From: Camelus dromedarius
Lineage: Eukaryota
Reading direction: 5' to 3'
Length of the DNA: 64,000 nt
Assembly (NCBI RefSeq): GCF_036321535.1
Contig: NC_087437.1
Span: 22,012,001-22,076,000, forward strand
Shown here: positions 1 through 13,933 of the stretch, one piece after another
How positions within the stretch are numbered: position 1 is the stretch's first letter
How the letters are laid out: each line of letters starts with the position of its first letter
Notes under the pieces: model-generated
What the model saw: only the letters and a program-made list of their open reading frames with translations
What the model was told of the DNA's origin: nothing
The model's database searches: none
Position numbers and translations under genes: made by a program

Positions 1-1261
1 TCGCCATCTGTCAGCCGACGGTCCCTATGCTCTGACCAGAACTGCCCAGGCCTTCAGCCCCACCTGCAGCTTCCTTGAGCTAACAGTCTCCAGTCTGGAG
101 TTACTTCTCCCAATTCTGCCTTTCCTGTTTCCTGACTTGAGCCTGACTTGTCTTCCAACAAAGGCCTCATATTTACATGTTATATTCACCCTAATTCACA
201 GTTACTCTGTGGGGAGGAGGATTTCTGGGTAGGGCCATTTAGGTGGCTTCCATTTATTTAACTTTAAAAACAGTGATACAAGTGTATAAGCTAGATGATT
301 GAGTTCCTGTTCCTCATTATTCGTGGACAGTTTTCCTTGAGACAGCATGCTCTGCACATAGTAAGCACACAGCACCTATTTGTGATTGGGGAAATTCTTT
401 TCAGTACTGTAAATCTTTAACAGGTTGGAATCTTAAATAGGGATGTCATGTAATCCTTTGGTCATCCAGAGAGCTGGTCATCTAGTCCAACTCTCTTCCC
501 ATTTATGGTAGTTGATTCAATTTATTGATCGTATACTGTATTCAGGTACTGGGATAGACCCTTTACATATATTGTCTCTAATTCTCAGGATACTCTTTGC
601 AGGATAAATCCACTCTCCCCATTTTCAGAGAAGAAACCAGAGGCTCTGAGATGTGAAGCAGTGGAGTGGCAGACCCAGAGGCAAACCGTTAATTCCAAAC
701 ACTCCACTCTCCTTTACAGGGTGCTGCCTCCTGCGAGGCTGTTGTAACCAGCCTTGAACACCTCCAGTAAAGGCACTTAACTCCCTCATATGGTCCTCAC
801 TTCCATTTTAAGCTTTTAAAATGGTTGTTGTTGGAAAACTTTATAAATACTTAAATAAGCACAATGGATGAGAAAAAAGAAAAAAACCCACTGTTGCACC
901 TTGGCCTAAAGCTCAACCATAAGTGTTATTGAATGTGGTCACCGGTTTGATCTGGTTAGAAAGTCCCCGAAAAGAATGATGCCGAGTAAGGCTTGTGTGC
1001 ATGCAGTATGTGACAACTATATATTGATCAGGCATGGCTGGAAGGTACATTTCATGTAAAGAGCATTTTCCTGTAAACAATTAACATCTGTTGTTACCAG
1101 GGGGCTTCCCATAACCCAGATCTCTACAAAGAGGCAAATAGCAGATTCTATGATTTTATAGATGATCATTGCATTGAGTTCAATATTATTGATTACAGTG
1201 ATTGGTTAATACGGAAAAGAAATATTCTGCTGTGGTTTCATTTAGTTTTTTTTTTTTCTTT

Positions 1262-2110
1262 TTAAAAATTTTATTGAGGTGTAACTGACATGTAATGTTA
1301 TATTAATTTCAGGTGCACAACATGATTTGCTGTTTGTATATATTGTGATATGATCACCACAATACGTCTAGTTAACATCCATCTCTATACATAGGTACAA
1401 AATTTTTTTGTGTGTGTTGAGGACTTTTTGAGACTTACTCTCTTGGCAACTTTAAAGTATACAATAGAGTATTAATTATAGTCACCATGCTGTACATTAT
1501 ATCCTGGATGCAGAAACTGGAAATTGATTTTTTGACCCCCTTCACCCATCCTACCCACCCCTACCCCATGCATATGTATCTGTCGTTTTCAGTCTGACTT
1601 ATTTCACTTAGCATAATGTCATTAAGGTCCATTCTTGTTGTCACAGATGATAAGATTTCATTTTTTATGGCAGAATAATATTCCATTGTATATATATATA
1701 TACATATCTTCTTTATTCATTCATCCATTGATAGACATTTAGGTTTGTTTCCATAGCTTGGCTATTGTAAATAATGCTGGAATGAACATAGGGGTGCAGA
1801 TATCTTTTTGAATTAGCATTCCCATTTGCTTTGGATAAATACTCAGAAGTGGAATTGCTGGATCATATGGTAACTCTATTTTTAATCTTTTCAGGAAACT
1901 CCATACTGTTTTCCACCATAGCTGCACCAATTTACATTCCATTTAGCAGTGCACAAGGGTTTCCTTTTCTCCACAGCTTTGCCAACACACGTTATTTCTT
2001 GTCTTTTTGATACTAGCCATTCTAACAGGTGTGAGGAGATATCTCACTGTGGTTCTGATTTGCATTTCCCTGATGGTCAGTGATGCTGAGCATCTTTTCA
2101 TGCCCCTGTA
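1262..2110 (-). mobile_element. LINE-1 3' fragment (ORF2 C-terminus + 3' UTR)
   Basis: Minus-strand ORFs 1739-1942 and 1943-2224 read as the L1 ORF2 C-terminus ([26 protein letters not shown]); poly-T (A-tail) at ~1245. Confidence 0.9.
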
Positions 2111-4399
2111 CATTTGATTTTTTAATGTAATGATTTTCCTCTTCTTTGAGGTGCAATGTCTCTTGAAATTATTTATCAACATAATTATCTTGGGACTGAT
2201 CACTAAACTAAGTGACAGTATCAAATCTTATATATATCGATTTTTCACAGAGTGTATTCCAGTGATGTTTCATTCACTTTTTTCCCCATTCATATGAGAA
2301 CCACAAGAATGTAGGGTTACCAATAAGAATCTCCTCCTCACACTTAATTCATTTCTACACAATGAACAAGGAGCATTTTCTTTAGGAACATGGGTATTCT
2401 TGTGGTCACCCATTGGGACATTTCCTCTGAGCTGCCTGTTCTGAGAATTCTATGGTCAACATGCATTAGTTTTGTTTTATTCTTGGTCCCTGCCCTGCTC
2501 CTCCAATCTTCCTCCTTCCTTTCACCAATCTCAACTCTAGACCCCGTATTATCATGCACACTTAACTCACTGACTAGAGAGATCCCAGTGATGGGTAAGG
2601 ATTATGGAATAAATCTATAGCGAACATTCAGGAGACAGGCCAGTTGTTTATTTAACAAGCAATCATAAACCCCACCTATGCACATGGCTGTCTCAGGGCC
2701 TGGAAGAGCATAGGAGCAAGTTTTGGAGCACAACAAAGGGAAGTGGGAACCATCCCTATCTCAGTTGTAGGGATGATGGGCCCACAATATTTTAATGCAA
2801 CCACTTTGTGATTATTCATTTAATGTAGTCATTTTGAAACAAGGAACATTTCAATGCTGCTTCGAACACCCTTAAGCTTCCAATGTTTTTACTGTTAAGT
2901 AATGTGCCGGACAGACACCTGCACCCTGCCCACAGAGGTCAGGGCTGGGGCGAGGGTTAAGCACCATCTGGCAAGAAAACCATGTAAAACTAAGACTTCT
3001 GAGCCATCTGCCCTTGTTCATCTCAAAGAGAACTGTCAATCCTGGATTATTTGTTTGTCTGTCCCTTAGTTTGCATTTCGGTTCTCTCATTTCCCCTTCA
3101 CCATAACAATGCCCAGGCTCACTCACTTCTAATTAACAAATAGATTTGAATGCTGGGGAAATGGAATTTACTTTGTTTTCCATGGTGAATTGCATGAATG
3201 GCCACTCCTATATTTTGGAGGCTTCCTGATTATACTGACTTTATTTAATTGGGTCAGTGTTGGGAAGGGAGAGGAGCAGGAATGGAATGGCTCGGCAGGC
3301 GGGCTACAATTCTATCTCATATTCCCAGCTCCAGGCTGCATCGGAAATCCTCAATGAACATTTCTCACCGGTCCTTCAGTAACGTAAAGACCTTCTATCC
3401 ACTGGCATCAAACTCCTTTGTAATAATTTAGGGAGGCAGGCTAATCCAGGTCTGGCAGAAGTCAATGCAAGATCACACAACGCTTCGTTTTCTCATAGTA
3501 TTAAAACAAATTAAAACAAATAGTGAGTAATTGGACCTGGGCTCATCAAAGCAGTAGATTTGTAAGATATTTTAAACAATTCAGAAATAGAGTAGAAAAT
3601 GAACATCTCTTATAAAGAAGGAAGGGGGTTAGAGATGGAAGAAGGGGTGAGGAAAGGCTATTTGTCTTGTTTTCTTCTGTAATTTAAAAAACATTAGTGA
3701 CTTTACACTTACGCCAAGAATATTTTGACATTGCTGCGCAAAGTGTCGTGCGTCAGGAGAGACGGGCATGGTACAAATGCTATACAGGAAGGAATAAAAT
3801 GTGGAAGGGAGGAGAGAATTGCTCTGTGTGAGATGGGCATGGAAATAGCCAGCCTGAGGTTTCCAATTTGGAATGATAATGTCATGAGAGCTGATGTGGT
3901 TCTAAAATTCTATGTCAGCCTCATGGTTGATGGCAGAAAACCATTGCCCCAAAGGGGGATAGAGGGGAGTCTACTTGGTGGGGTGGGGGTGGGGGTGGGG
4001 AGGCTGCTCCTAAATCCTGTCCCATGTGGTTGGTTGGTGGTTAGTTCATATGTGAAAAGGATTTTTAATCTAAATCACTCATCTTTTAAGACTGAGGTTG
4101 CTGGTTACCACTCTCCCTCATTCTGTCTTCTCTCTCATCCAACTGTACCAGCCTTCCTGCTGTTCCTCTAAAAACACATACCCTAGGAGAGGCTTTGTAT
4201 GGCTGTACACAGGCTGTCCCCTGCACAGCAGCCCGGCAGAGGGGCAGTGAGGCCTGACAGGCAGTCCGTCATCTGCCGGCCACACCCTGGGCCCAGGCAT
4301 GGCCTATCTGCCCAGAAGAAGGGGTGCCTTTTCCTGATTCACTGCTGGGCTGATAGCTGCCCCTGGACCCTTGCACTTGCTATGTCTCTCTGCCTTCCT

Positions 4400-4720
4400 C
4401 TGTCTCAAATGCTTTCTGCCCTGACGTTGTCCCTTCAGTCAGTTTTCTGTTCAGCGTCACCATCTCTCGGAAAACTCGGACACCCACTTGATCTAAAATG
4501 ACAGCCCCATCACTCTCTGCCTCCTCATCCTGCTTTATTTTCTTCGTATTTCACTGCCCAACACCATGCAGTATATGACATAATATGTATTTATTCCTTC
4601 TTTCTCCCCTGCTGAAATAGATGCTCTGTGAGGGCGAGGGCTTGCTCTCTGCTCTGTCCCCAGCGCCTATCAGAGGGCCTGGCACATAGTAGGCACTTAA
4701 TAAACATCTGTGGAATGCTT
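4400..4720 (-). mobile_element. L2 3'-end remnant
   Basis: L2-type 3' motifs: gctctgtgagggc...cctggcacatagtaggcacttaataaa. Confidence 0.6.
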
Positions 4721-5375
4721 AAAAAACATCCATCCCCAAGGCTTTCTAAGCCCAGTTAGGCTCGGTTCAGAACATTTGTATTGACCCTGCTCAAGCAGAC
4801 TCTTCTCTAATTAACTGATCTCCACAACCCAGAAAAGCTAAACCAAAAATAGAAAACACAAAAGCTGTTGGCTGTGAACCTCAGTGACTAGGGCCATGGT
4901 TTCTGCATTTCAGAATCAATCACTTGGGGATCTCAACAGCAGAACAAACCCCTACCCCTCCTCTCCCCTCAGCTGAACACTTGGTGGACTAGTAATTTAT
5001 CTGGAAAGAAACAGTATATAACATGGGCTATTCTGATAGGAAAGACACAGTGTTTTGATTTGAATTTTAAAGGTCAATTCTAACAAAGTAGTTTGTATCA
5101 AAGAGAATTCCTCAAATCTCTTCTATTAATAGCATCATTTTGCACCGCGGCAGCTCCGCAGAGCCTGTTTAGGATTCTGTCTCACCATGGTTTCACCTTA
5201 ACTGAGATAATAAAGAAACAAATGTCAGTGCGGATATAGTGCCACAGAGGTATAAAAAATTTACACCCTCTTTGCCTAAGGCCTGAGCTTTGAGAACGTA
5301 ACACATCCTTTTCTTGAAAGCCTCGTTCGGGGATTTGCAAACGTCAAAGAGCTTTTAAGAACACTGCAGTAATTT

Positions 5376-5881
5376 AAAAAAATGTTTTTAATTGAAGTAT
5401 AGTTGATTTACAATATTACATTAGTTTCAGGTATATGACATAGTGATTCAATATTTTTATAGATTATACTCCATCTACAGTTATAAAATAATGGCTATAT
5501 TCCCTGTGCTGTACAATATATCTTTATAGTTTATTTTATATGGAGTAATTTGTACTCTTAATCCCCTACCCCTTTCTTTCTCCTACCCTCTTCTGTCTCC
5601 TCACTGGTAATCACAAGTTTATTCTCTATATCTGAGTCTGTTTCTTTTTTGTTATATTCATTTGTTTGTTTTATTTTTCAGATTCCACGTATAAGTGATA
5701 ACACAGAGTATTTGTCTTTCTCTCTCTGATTTATTTCTCTAAGCATAATACTCTCCAGGTCCATCCATGTTGTTGCAAATGGCAAAAAATCATTCTTTTT
5801 TATGACTGAGTAGTATTCCATTGTGTATATATACCACATCTTTATCCATTTGCCTGTTGATGGACACTTAGGTTGCTTCAC
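5376..5881 (-). mobile_element. 5'-truncated LINE-1
   Basis: ORF 5678-5986 contains KMWYIYTMEYYSVIKK; near-identical target-site duplication cactgc(a)gtaattt at 5362-5375 / cactgcattaattt at 5882-5895. Confidence 0.88.
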
Positions 5882-7237
5882 CACTGCATTAATTTTTGAT
5901 CCACTAATGAGGGTGCAGCTGAGCTTGCAGCTACAGAGAGAAACTCTGCCTTGTACAGAGTCTCTTCCCAACTCAGGCACCAACACTTGGGGTGGCCTGT
6001 CTCACCAGCACATATGTGGCCCTGAGGCATCTCAGTTTGGGGAGAACGGGGGGAGTAGCCAAGCCTCGGCTGTAAAGTGAGACTTGTTGGGGGCCTTCTC
6101 CACATGCCCTCTCCCGGACGGGGCAGCTCCAACAGGTGCTAAGTGAGCTGACAGCCTCCCTCGGAGAATGGAGGCTAAAGGCTGAGTCTAGCCCAGTGCT
6201 GGCTGCAGATTCAGAGGGGAAAACATCTCTGGGAAACGGGAGAGGTGGAAGATTTGAGTTCTGCATCAATAACTGAGGGGTTGAAGCTGAACTTTAAAGT
6301 GCCTCCTTGAATTTTTAAATGCCTGATTGAGGTTTCATTTCATCTGATGTGCTTAATAAGAAACTTAGGAAAGTATTAGCCTTGTTTTCAAAAGGGGTGC
6401 TTTTATATCTGTGTGTGATGACACAGGAAGGCTGCCCCTGGTGGTAGCCCCTGGGAAAAGAACCATCTGTGCCTTGTTACCTGACCTTTCCAAGGCGAGT
6501 GGCTGGGATAGGTGGGGAATATTCCAGACGTAATGCTCCCTCTTGTTTGCATCCTGTGTATTTTCTTTGATGACAGAGGCTATGACAGTACTTAGGTGTG
6601 TGAGCGAAAACTACAACCAGATACATTTCTTCCTTCCTACCCTTTCAGCAAATTCAGAGCCTGTCCCAAGAGGACCTTCTCATCGCTAATTCTTCACCCA
6701 GGGTGATGGCAGCTAACGTTCCCACAAGGATTTTCCCCACATCATGTCCATATTATACGGGAAGGTCTTGGTATTGCAGGGCTTGCAATTGCCAGCTGAG
6801 AGCTCTCTATCAGAAAGGACTCTCTCTACAAGTGTGGAAAGAGTCCTGTGCTCATTTCTTCATGTGACAACTGGGGGAAGTTTGACGGTGCTGACCACCC
6901 TTGGCCCTTTCTCCTTTTCTCCCCTGTGAATGGGTAGCTGCCTGAATGGTGCTATTGGGCCCCTGTGGTGGCCTGGCAGTGGTCCTGGGATGAAATGGGA
7001 AAGGAGGGCCTTTGGAGACCCTTTTTGCCATTTCTTCATCCCCTTATATTCCTTCCTACTGGGCAGCTTTTTAGGTCCAGTTCCCTCATTTTACATATGA
7101 GGAGACTAGAACCCAGAGAGGTTAAGAGTCTTGTGTTCAGCCACACAGCAGGGTTTCTGACTCCCAGCCCGGTGCTTTCTCTGACACTCATAGGGTACAC
7201 ATTGTGACCGTGTGAGGTGATTGAAAGGGCCCTGGCT

Positions 7238-7885
7238 TTTTTTTTTAAATTGAAGTATAGTTGATTTACAATATTGTGTTAGTTTCAGGTATACAGCAAA
7301 ATGATTCAGTTGTATATTTTTTTTCAGATTTCTTCAATTATAGGTTATTATAAGATATTGAATATAGTTCCCTGTGCTATACAGTAAATCCTTATTGCTT
7401 ATCTATTTTATGTATTGTAGTTTGTATCCATTAATCCTAATCTACTCCTCCCCTTCCTTTCCACCTTAGTAACTATAAGCTTGTTTCCTATGTCTGTGAG
7501 TCTGCTTCTGTTTTTTGTATAGATTCATTTGTATTTTTTTTTAGGTTTGACATAAAAGTGATATCATATAATATTTGCCTTTCTGTCTGACGTACTTCAC
7601 TGAATATAATAGTTTCTAGGTCCATCTATGTTGCTGCAAATGGCAATATTTCAATATGGCTGAGTAACACTCCATCTTCTTAAGCCAGTCATCTGTTGAC
7701 AGACACCTGGGTTGCTCCCATGTCTTGACTATTGTAAATAGTGCTGCTGTGAGCATTGGGGTTCATGAATCCTTTCGAATTAGTTTTCATCTTTTCCGGG
7801 TATATACTTGGGAGTGAGATCACTAGATCGTATAATAGTTCTATTTTTAGTTTTTTGAGGAAACTCCATAACTGTGGTTCATTGT
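7238..7885 (-). mobile_element. 5'-truncated LINE-1
   Basis: Poly-T followed by L1 3' UTR (attgaagtatagttgatttacaat) and ORF2 end; imperfect TSD gccctggctt / gccctgactt. Confidence 0.85.
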
Positions 7886-9060
7886 GAGCCCTGACTTCTG
7901 AATCAGATAGGCCTGAACTTGAAATAAAACTTTGTTATATACTAACTGTGTGACCTTGGACAAGTTGTTTAACCTCTCTGATCTGCAAAAGGAACACTTT
8001 CTTGCAAGTTTATTGTAAAGATCGATGTGTCAAAAGTTCTAGACACAGACTAGGTATCAATAAAAAGCAGCTGTTATGTTGTTCCTGCACCCACCCCCTC
8101 ACTTACTCAAGGAAAAACAAACCCAGCCACAGATATTACAAAACACTACTGAAGAGTATTTTTTAGTGGAAATCCTTGAAAATAAAAAGCCATTGGATAT
8201 AAAGAGTTGAATGTGAGCAATGAGGTGGACAACCGAGCACAATCCAGCTACAGGCAGGGGGATGGGCTAAGTGGTAGGGAAAGGGTTTCCCCTGAAGGTG
8301 CCAGGAGGGGATCTGGGTGAGGAGGACACGTGAACAGGAAGACAGATAGAGTGGTGTCCAGGGCTCCAGTCAGCCTCAGGGGAGGTAGCCATATTCAGAT
8401 CATGCCATCTAGTTAGCCTGAAGAGGAACACAGCACAGCAACCAGAGACCCAGAGGAGCTGAGAAGCACGCTTGCAGGTCTAACATCAGGGCGCTCTGTT
8501 GAGAGGTAGGGGGACCACAGAACCTGGTCTCATGTGTGGTCCTGGCGAGGCTGGCGGTGGGCCGACTGACAAATCCCAACACACAGACAACTGCTTCTGG
8601 GCTTCCCTTTTAAGTCTAGCAAGAGTAGCTTGTGTAAGTCGATGTGTCAGTTGCCATTTATTTTTATTCTCATAAAAGCATTAAAAGAAATGGAGAATTC
8701 AAGGGGAAAAAACTAATTAAATTCTAAACCATTAGCAATATTCTAAATGCTCTTCTAATCTTTCTCAATAGTCTTACAGATGTTTCACATGATTACAATC
8801 CATGTGTGAATTCCATCTTCTGTTCTAAATGGAGATATTTCCGTGAATTAACATTGCACACATCCTTTCTATTTTTAATACCTCCACAAGGCCTCATCCA
8901 GATTATATCACTGTCCTCCACTGGACGGATTTAGGATGCTAAGAGTTTATCATAATTACCAATTGCACTATTGTGAGACTCTTTGGACATTTTTTTTAAC
9001 ATTGTTTCCTTGCCATAAATTCCCCTAAGTAGATTTTAAAAAATGTTTTTGTTTTGTTTT

Positions 9061-9176
9061 GGTGGGGAGGTAATTAGGTTTATTTATTTATTTATTTAAA
9101 TGGAGGTACTGGGGATTGAACCCAGGACCTCATGCATGCTAAGCATATGCGTTACCACTAAGCTATGCCCTCCCCT
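9061..9176 (-). mobile_element. tRNA-derived SINE (camelid Vic-1-like)
   Basis: Reverse complement reads ggggagggcatagcttagtggta...gaggtcctgggttcaatccccagtacctcc followed by (AAAT)n and cctaattacc; Pol III A and B boxes present. Confidence 0.85.
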
Positions 9177-10147
9177 AGAATTTTCTTTTTATGCTCAGCA
9201 CTTTAATTTTTTTTACATATATATATATATTTTCAGATTCTTTTCCATTACAACTCATTACAAGAAATGGAATATAGTTCCCTGTGCTACACAGTTGTTG
9301 TTTATCTGTTTTATATGTAGTAATGTGTTAAATTCCTCCCAAGAAAATTATGTGATCAAATATATGAACAGTTTGGTGGCTTCTGTTATGAGTGATAAAT
9401 TTCTTTTGGGAAAAAACTGAAATCTCTGTCCTCACTACCCTGTCAACCGAAAGCCCACATAGGTCTCACACCCCGTATTCCACAGGGACGTGCCCCCACC
9501 TTTGCCCTGGACCCCGGATAGACACACTTCATGTGTGCAGCAGGGTTTTAGAAGGCCAGCCTCGAGGCAGAGGCGAGACTTGGTGCTGGACAAGTTGACT
9601 CACAATGGCCTTGGCTCCAGGCTGACCTCAGCCTGGGAGAGAAGGCAGAGAAGAAATGCTGCTCATTCTGCTTAGAGAACGTGTGGAGAAGGGGAGCAGG
9701 ATACAGAACTGAACTGGAAAGGGACCTCCCCATGGATAGTAATAGAATTTCCTGTACTGTCCTGTTATCGGGTTGTTTCATGTTAAGAGACCCTACTTAC
9801 TCATTTAGAAGTGGAGATAACCAATGCTTCATTCACCAATGGCTCTCCATTGGGTTGTTCTGAAGGAAAGTGATGAGTCCATCACAACTGCATCACAAAT
9901 GTGGAGCACTCTGCTCAGTCCACTAGTCTGTAAGCTCCATGAGGGTGGTACCTGTCCAGTTGTGCTGCCTCCCTGTCCCCGGCAGCTGGTACACAGCTGA
10001 AGTGCAAGAGATCTTTGTAAAATTCATAAGTGAATGAATGTCTTCCTAGAAAGAAGAAACTTCCAATCAGCAAGACAACCCAGTTCTTTCTCTCCAGGGG
10101 ACTTTCTATCCAAGCTGCATGTGGTGCTTTCTTTTTTTTCTTTCCTT

Positions 10148-10181
<34 letters not shown>

Positions 10182-11840
10182 AGGTAACAGTGACAGCACA
10201 ACATTTAGGAGACTAAAGTGAACACCAACCATGCCCTGATGTAAAAACCAGCTCAAACAAAAGGAAATTCATTTCAGAAATTCTCTCGTGAAATGCAATT
10301 TACTCAGTACCTGTTAGGGAAAGGACAGGATGATTGTGAATTTGGTTGGTGCCACTGGTTCTGGTTGTGAAAATGAAGATCTGGTGAGTCAGCCGTGCAC
10401 CCAGGACTCTATCTCTAAATGGCCTTTTTTGAATTAATCATTAGACGATACACAGGGCCCCACCCATGTGTACTTTCCATTTTCAAGATTATGTTTCACA
10501 AATCTCCAAATAACATAGAAAATAATTTTTTTCCAAAAAGCCTATTAAAAAAATAAAACAATGGCATGAATAGGATTTTTCCCCCCATTTCCAATTCTAG
10601 CCGGTTGTTGTTAATGTATAGAACAGCTATTGATTTTCAGTATGATTGATTTTTGGTATCTAGCCTTTTTCCCCCCAAATCCTTTACTCTGGTATATTTT
10701 TGTTGTCGAATCTCTTCAGTCTTTGAATTATACTCTCATATCATTTGCTGTCATACTTTTAACACAGAGCTTGATTTAACTGGCTAATGTTTTATTTAGA
10801 ATTGTTTATCCCTATCTTCAGAAGTAAAATTGTTCCATAATTTTTGTATTATATATTTTGTAGTCGGTTTTAGTGTTAAGGATATAGTAAAATCATATAG
10901 AGGACTAATGTGCTTTCTGCCTTTGTTCATGGTCTGGAACGGTATGGGAAACAGGAATAATCATGTAGTGCTTATTCCAGAATTATATCACTTTATAACA
11001 TTAGGAAATATATCAACATAATCTAGAATATTATCACATTTAAAAATTATGTGATTATGGCAATAGAGATGAAAAGATCTGATAAAGTTAAGTAGGTTTT
11101 CTAATAAAAATTCCAAATATAATAGGAACAAAAGGAAACTACTTAAGCTTGCTAAAGACTATGACTTGCAATCGGCAACATCATATTATTTTGTGAAAAA
11201 TTGAAGCTGCCGTTATGAAAATCAGGGACAAAGGTAGGACAGGCACAGTCACTACTATTCAATATGTTTTGAAATTTTTAACTACTGTAATGAGACTCCT
11301 CCATCAATTTAACAAGTGGTATAAATATTGGAAAAGAGAAGAAATTGTTTGTGGTGTACCTAGAAAATGCAAGCCTCCATTAAAAAACAATGAGAACAAT
11401 TAGACATATTAGCTCAATTGCTGAATACCGGATAAATTCACCCAAATGACTCTTTCTTCTATAGTAGCTATTGCCTATTAGATATGGGGGGAAAATCCCA
11501 TTCAAAATGATGACAAAAAGAGCAGCTTCAACGATAAAGGCACAAGAATTCTATTTTTAAAAACTCTAAATTTTCTTGAAGAACCTAAATAAATTGTACG
11601 TTACACCATGTTCGTGAACAGAGAGATATAACATATTTGTCAATTTCTGAACAAATTAATAGGCACATTTAATACAATCCAAATCAAAAAGATACATTTT
11701 CTTTGAAATTGAGCAAGTGATTTAAATGTTTGTATGGAATAAAAATATTTAAAAGTTTCTTGGATAAATTTAGATTAGTGAGAGAGGACTTGCCTTACCC
11801 GACAGAGAAAACATACTATAAAACTACTAAAATTAGGGTT

Positions 11841-11980
11841 GGGGGAGGCTATAGCTCAGTGGTAGAACACGTGCTTAGCATGCATTGAGGTCCTGGGTTC
11901 AATCCCCTGTACCTCTGTCAAATAAATAAATAAATAAACCTAATTACCACCCCCCTCAACAAAAGAATTTAAAAATAAAA
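11841..11980 (+). mobile_element. tRNA-derived SINE (Vic-1-like)
   Basis: ggggaggctatagctcagtggtagaac...gggttcaatcccc; AAAT tail. Confidence 0.85.
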
Positions 11981-12238
11981 CTACTAGAATCAAAACAATA
12001 TAGTTGTGAAACAACTACAATAGAATCCAGAGATGGACAGACTCTATTTGAGAACTTGTATTATGAAATTCATGCTTCAGTTAAATTGGAAGGATATTTC
12101 TTAAATGGGAGTGGCATAATTAACTGTTCATCTGGACATTTAGAAGGAAGAGGTCCTGAGTGATGTTGCTGGGGTTCACATTTCAGTTTTGTGCTTTAGT
12201 GGCTGTGTTCCTTAAATTCTCTAACCCTTAATTTTCTT

Positions 12239-13933
12239 TTTTTTAATTGAAGTATAATCAGTTACAAGGTGTCAATTTCTGGTGTACAGCATAATGTCCC
12301 AGTCATGCATCTAATACATGTATTTGTTTTCATATTCTTTTTCATCAAAGGTTATTACAAGATACTGAATATATTTCCCTGTGCTATACATACATTTATT
12401 TTTTTTTTTTACTCTATTATATAGTGGCTAACATTTGCAAATCTCAAACTCCCAAATTTATCCTTTCCCACCCCCTTTCCCCTGGTAACCATAAGATTGT
12501 TTACTATGTCTGCAAATCTGTTTCTGTTTTGCAGATGAGTTCATTAGTGTCTTCTTTTTTTCTTTTTTTAGATTCCACATGAGTGATATCATATGGTATT
12601 TTTCTTTCTCTTTCTGGCTTACTTCACTTAGAATGATGATGTCTAATTCCATCCATGTTGCTGCAAATGGCATTATTTTATTCTTTTTATGGCTGAGTAG
12701 TATTCCATTGTATAAATATACCACAACTTCTTTATCTAGTCATCTATCAGTGGACATTTAGGTTGTTTCCATGTCTTGGCTATTGTATATAGTGCTGCTA
12801 TGAATATTGGGGTGCATTTATCTTTTTTTTTTTTTACATACTTTTATTGAGTTATAGTCATTTTACAATGTTGTGTCAAATTCCAGTGTAGAGCACAATT
12901 TTTCAGTTATACATGAACATACATATATTTACTGTCACTTTTTTTTTTTAACCGTGAGCTACCACAAGATCTTGTATATATTTCCCTGTGCTATACAGTA
13001 TAATCTTGTTTATCTATTCTGCATATGCCTGTCAGTATCTACAAATTTTGAAATCCTAGTCTGTCCCTTCCCACCCCTCATCCCCTTGGCAACCACAAGT
13101 TTGTATTCTATGTCTATGAGTCTGTTTCTGTTTTGTATTTATGTTCTTCTTTTTTCCTTTTTAGATTCCACATATGAGTGATCTCATATGGTAGTTTTCT
13201 TTCTCTTTCTGGCTTACTTCACTTAGAATGACATTCTCCAGGGACATCCATGTTGCTGCAAATGGCGTTATGTTGTCATTTTTCTGGCTGAATAATATTC
13301 CATTGTATCAATATACCACTTCTTCTTTATTCAGTCATCTGTTGATGGACATTTAGGCTGTTTCCATGTCTTGGCTATTGTAAATAGTGCTGCTATGAAC
13401 ATTGGGGTGCAGGTTTTTGAAGTAGGGTTCCTTCTGGATATATGCCCAGGAGCAGGATTACTGGGTCATATGGTAAGTCTATTCCTAGTTTTTTGAGGCA
13501 TCTCCATACTGTTTTCCACAGTGGCTGCACCAAACTGCATTCCCACCAGCAGTGAAGGAAGGTTCCCTTTTCTCCACAGCTTCTCCAGCAATTTGATAAA
13601 TTTGTGGGCGTTTTGAATGATGGCCGTTCTGACTGGTGTGAGGTGATACTTCATCGTAGTTTTGATTTGTATTTCTCTGATAATTAGTGATATTGAGCAT
13701 TTTTTTATGTGCCTATTGATCATTTATATTTCTTCCTTGTAGAATTGCTTGTTTAGGTCTTCTGCCCATTTTTGGATTGGGTTGTTTGTTTTTTTCTTAT
13801 TGTCGTATGAGCTGTGCATTTATCTTTTTGAATTAAGGTTCCCTCCAGATACATGCCCAAAAGTGGGATTGCTGGTTCATATGGTAAGTCTACTTTTAGG
13901 TTTTTGAGGAATCCGCATACTGTTTTCCATAGT
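12239..13933 (-). mobile_element. LINE-1 3' fragment interrupted by a younger nested L1
   Basis: 13-nt TSD ccttaattttctt at 12226-12238 and 13934-13946; ORF 12458-12724 is L1 ORF2 C-terminal. Confidence 0.85.
12828..13813 (-). mobile_element. Nested younger LINE-1 3' fragment
   Basis: 16-nt TSD gtgcatttatcttttt at 12812-12827 and 13814-13829; its own poly-T tail; ORF 13466-13723 is ORF2-like ([24 protein letters not shown]). Confidence 0.88.

Noticed and set aside
5139..5158. REST/RE1-like motif tttgcaccgcggcagctcc
   Set aside because: Spacing and bases deviate from the RE1 consensus; too weak to call.
11841..11915. tRNA genes here and at the similar loci
   Set aside because: The tRNA-like heads continue into a shared AAAT/cctaattacc tail and occur as many diverged copies, so they are SINEs.
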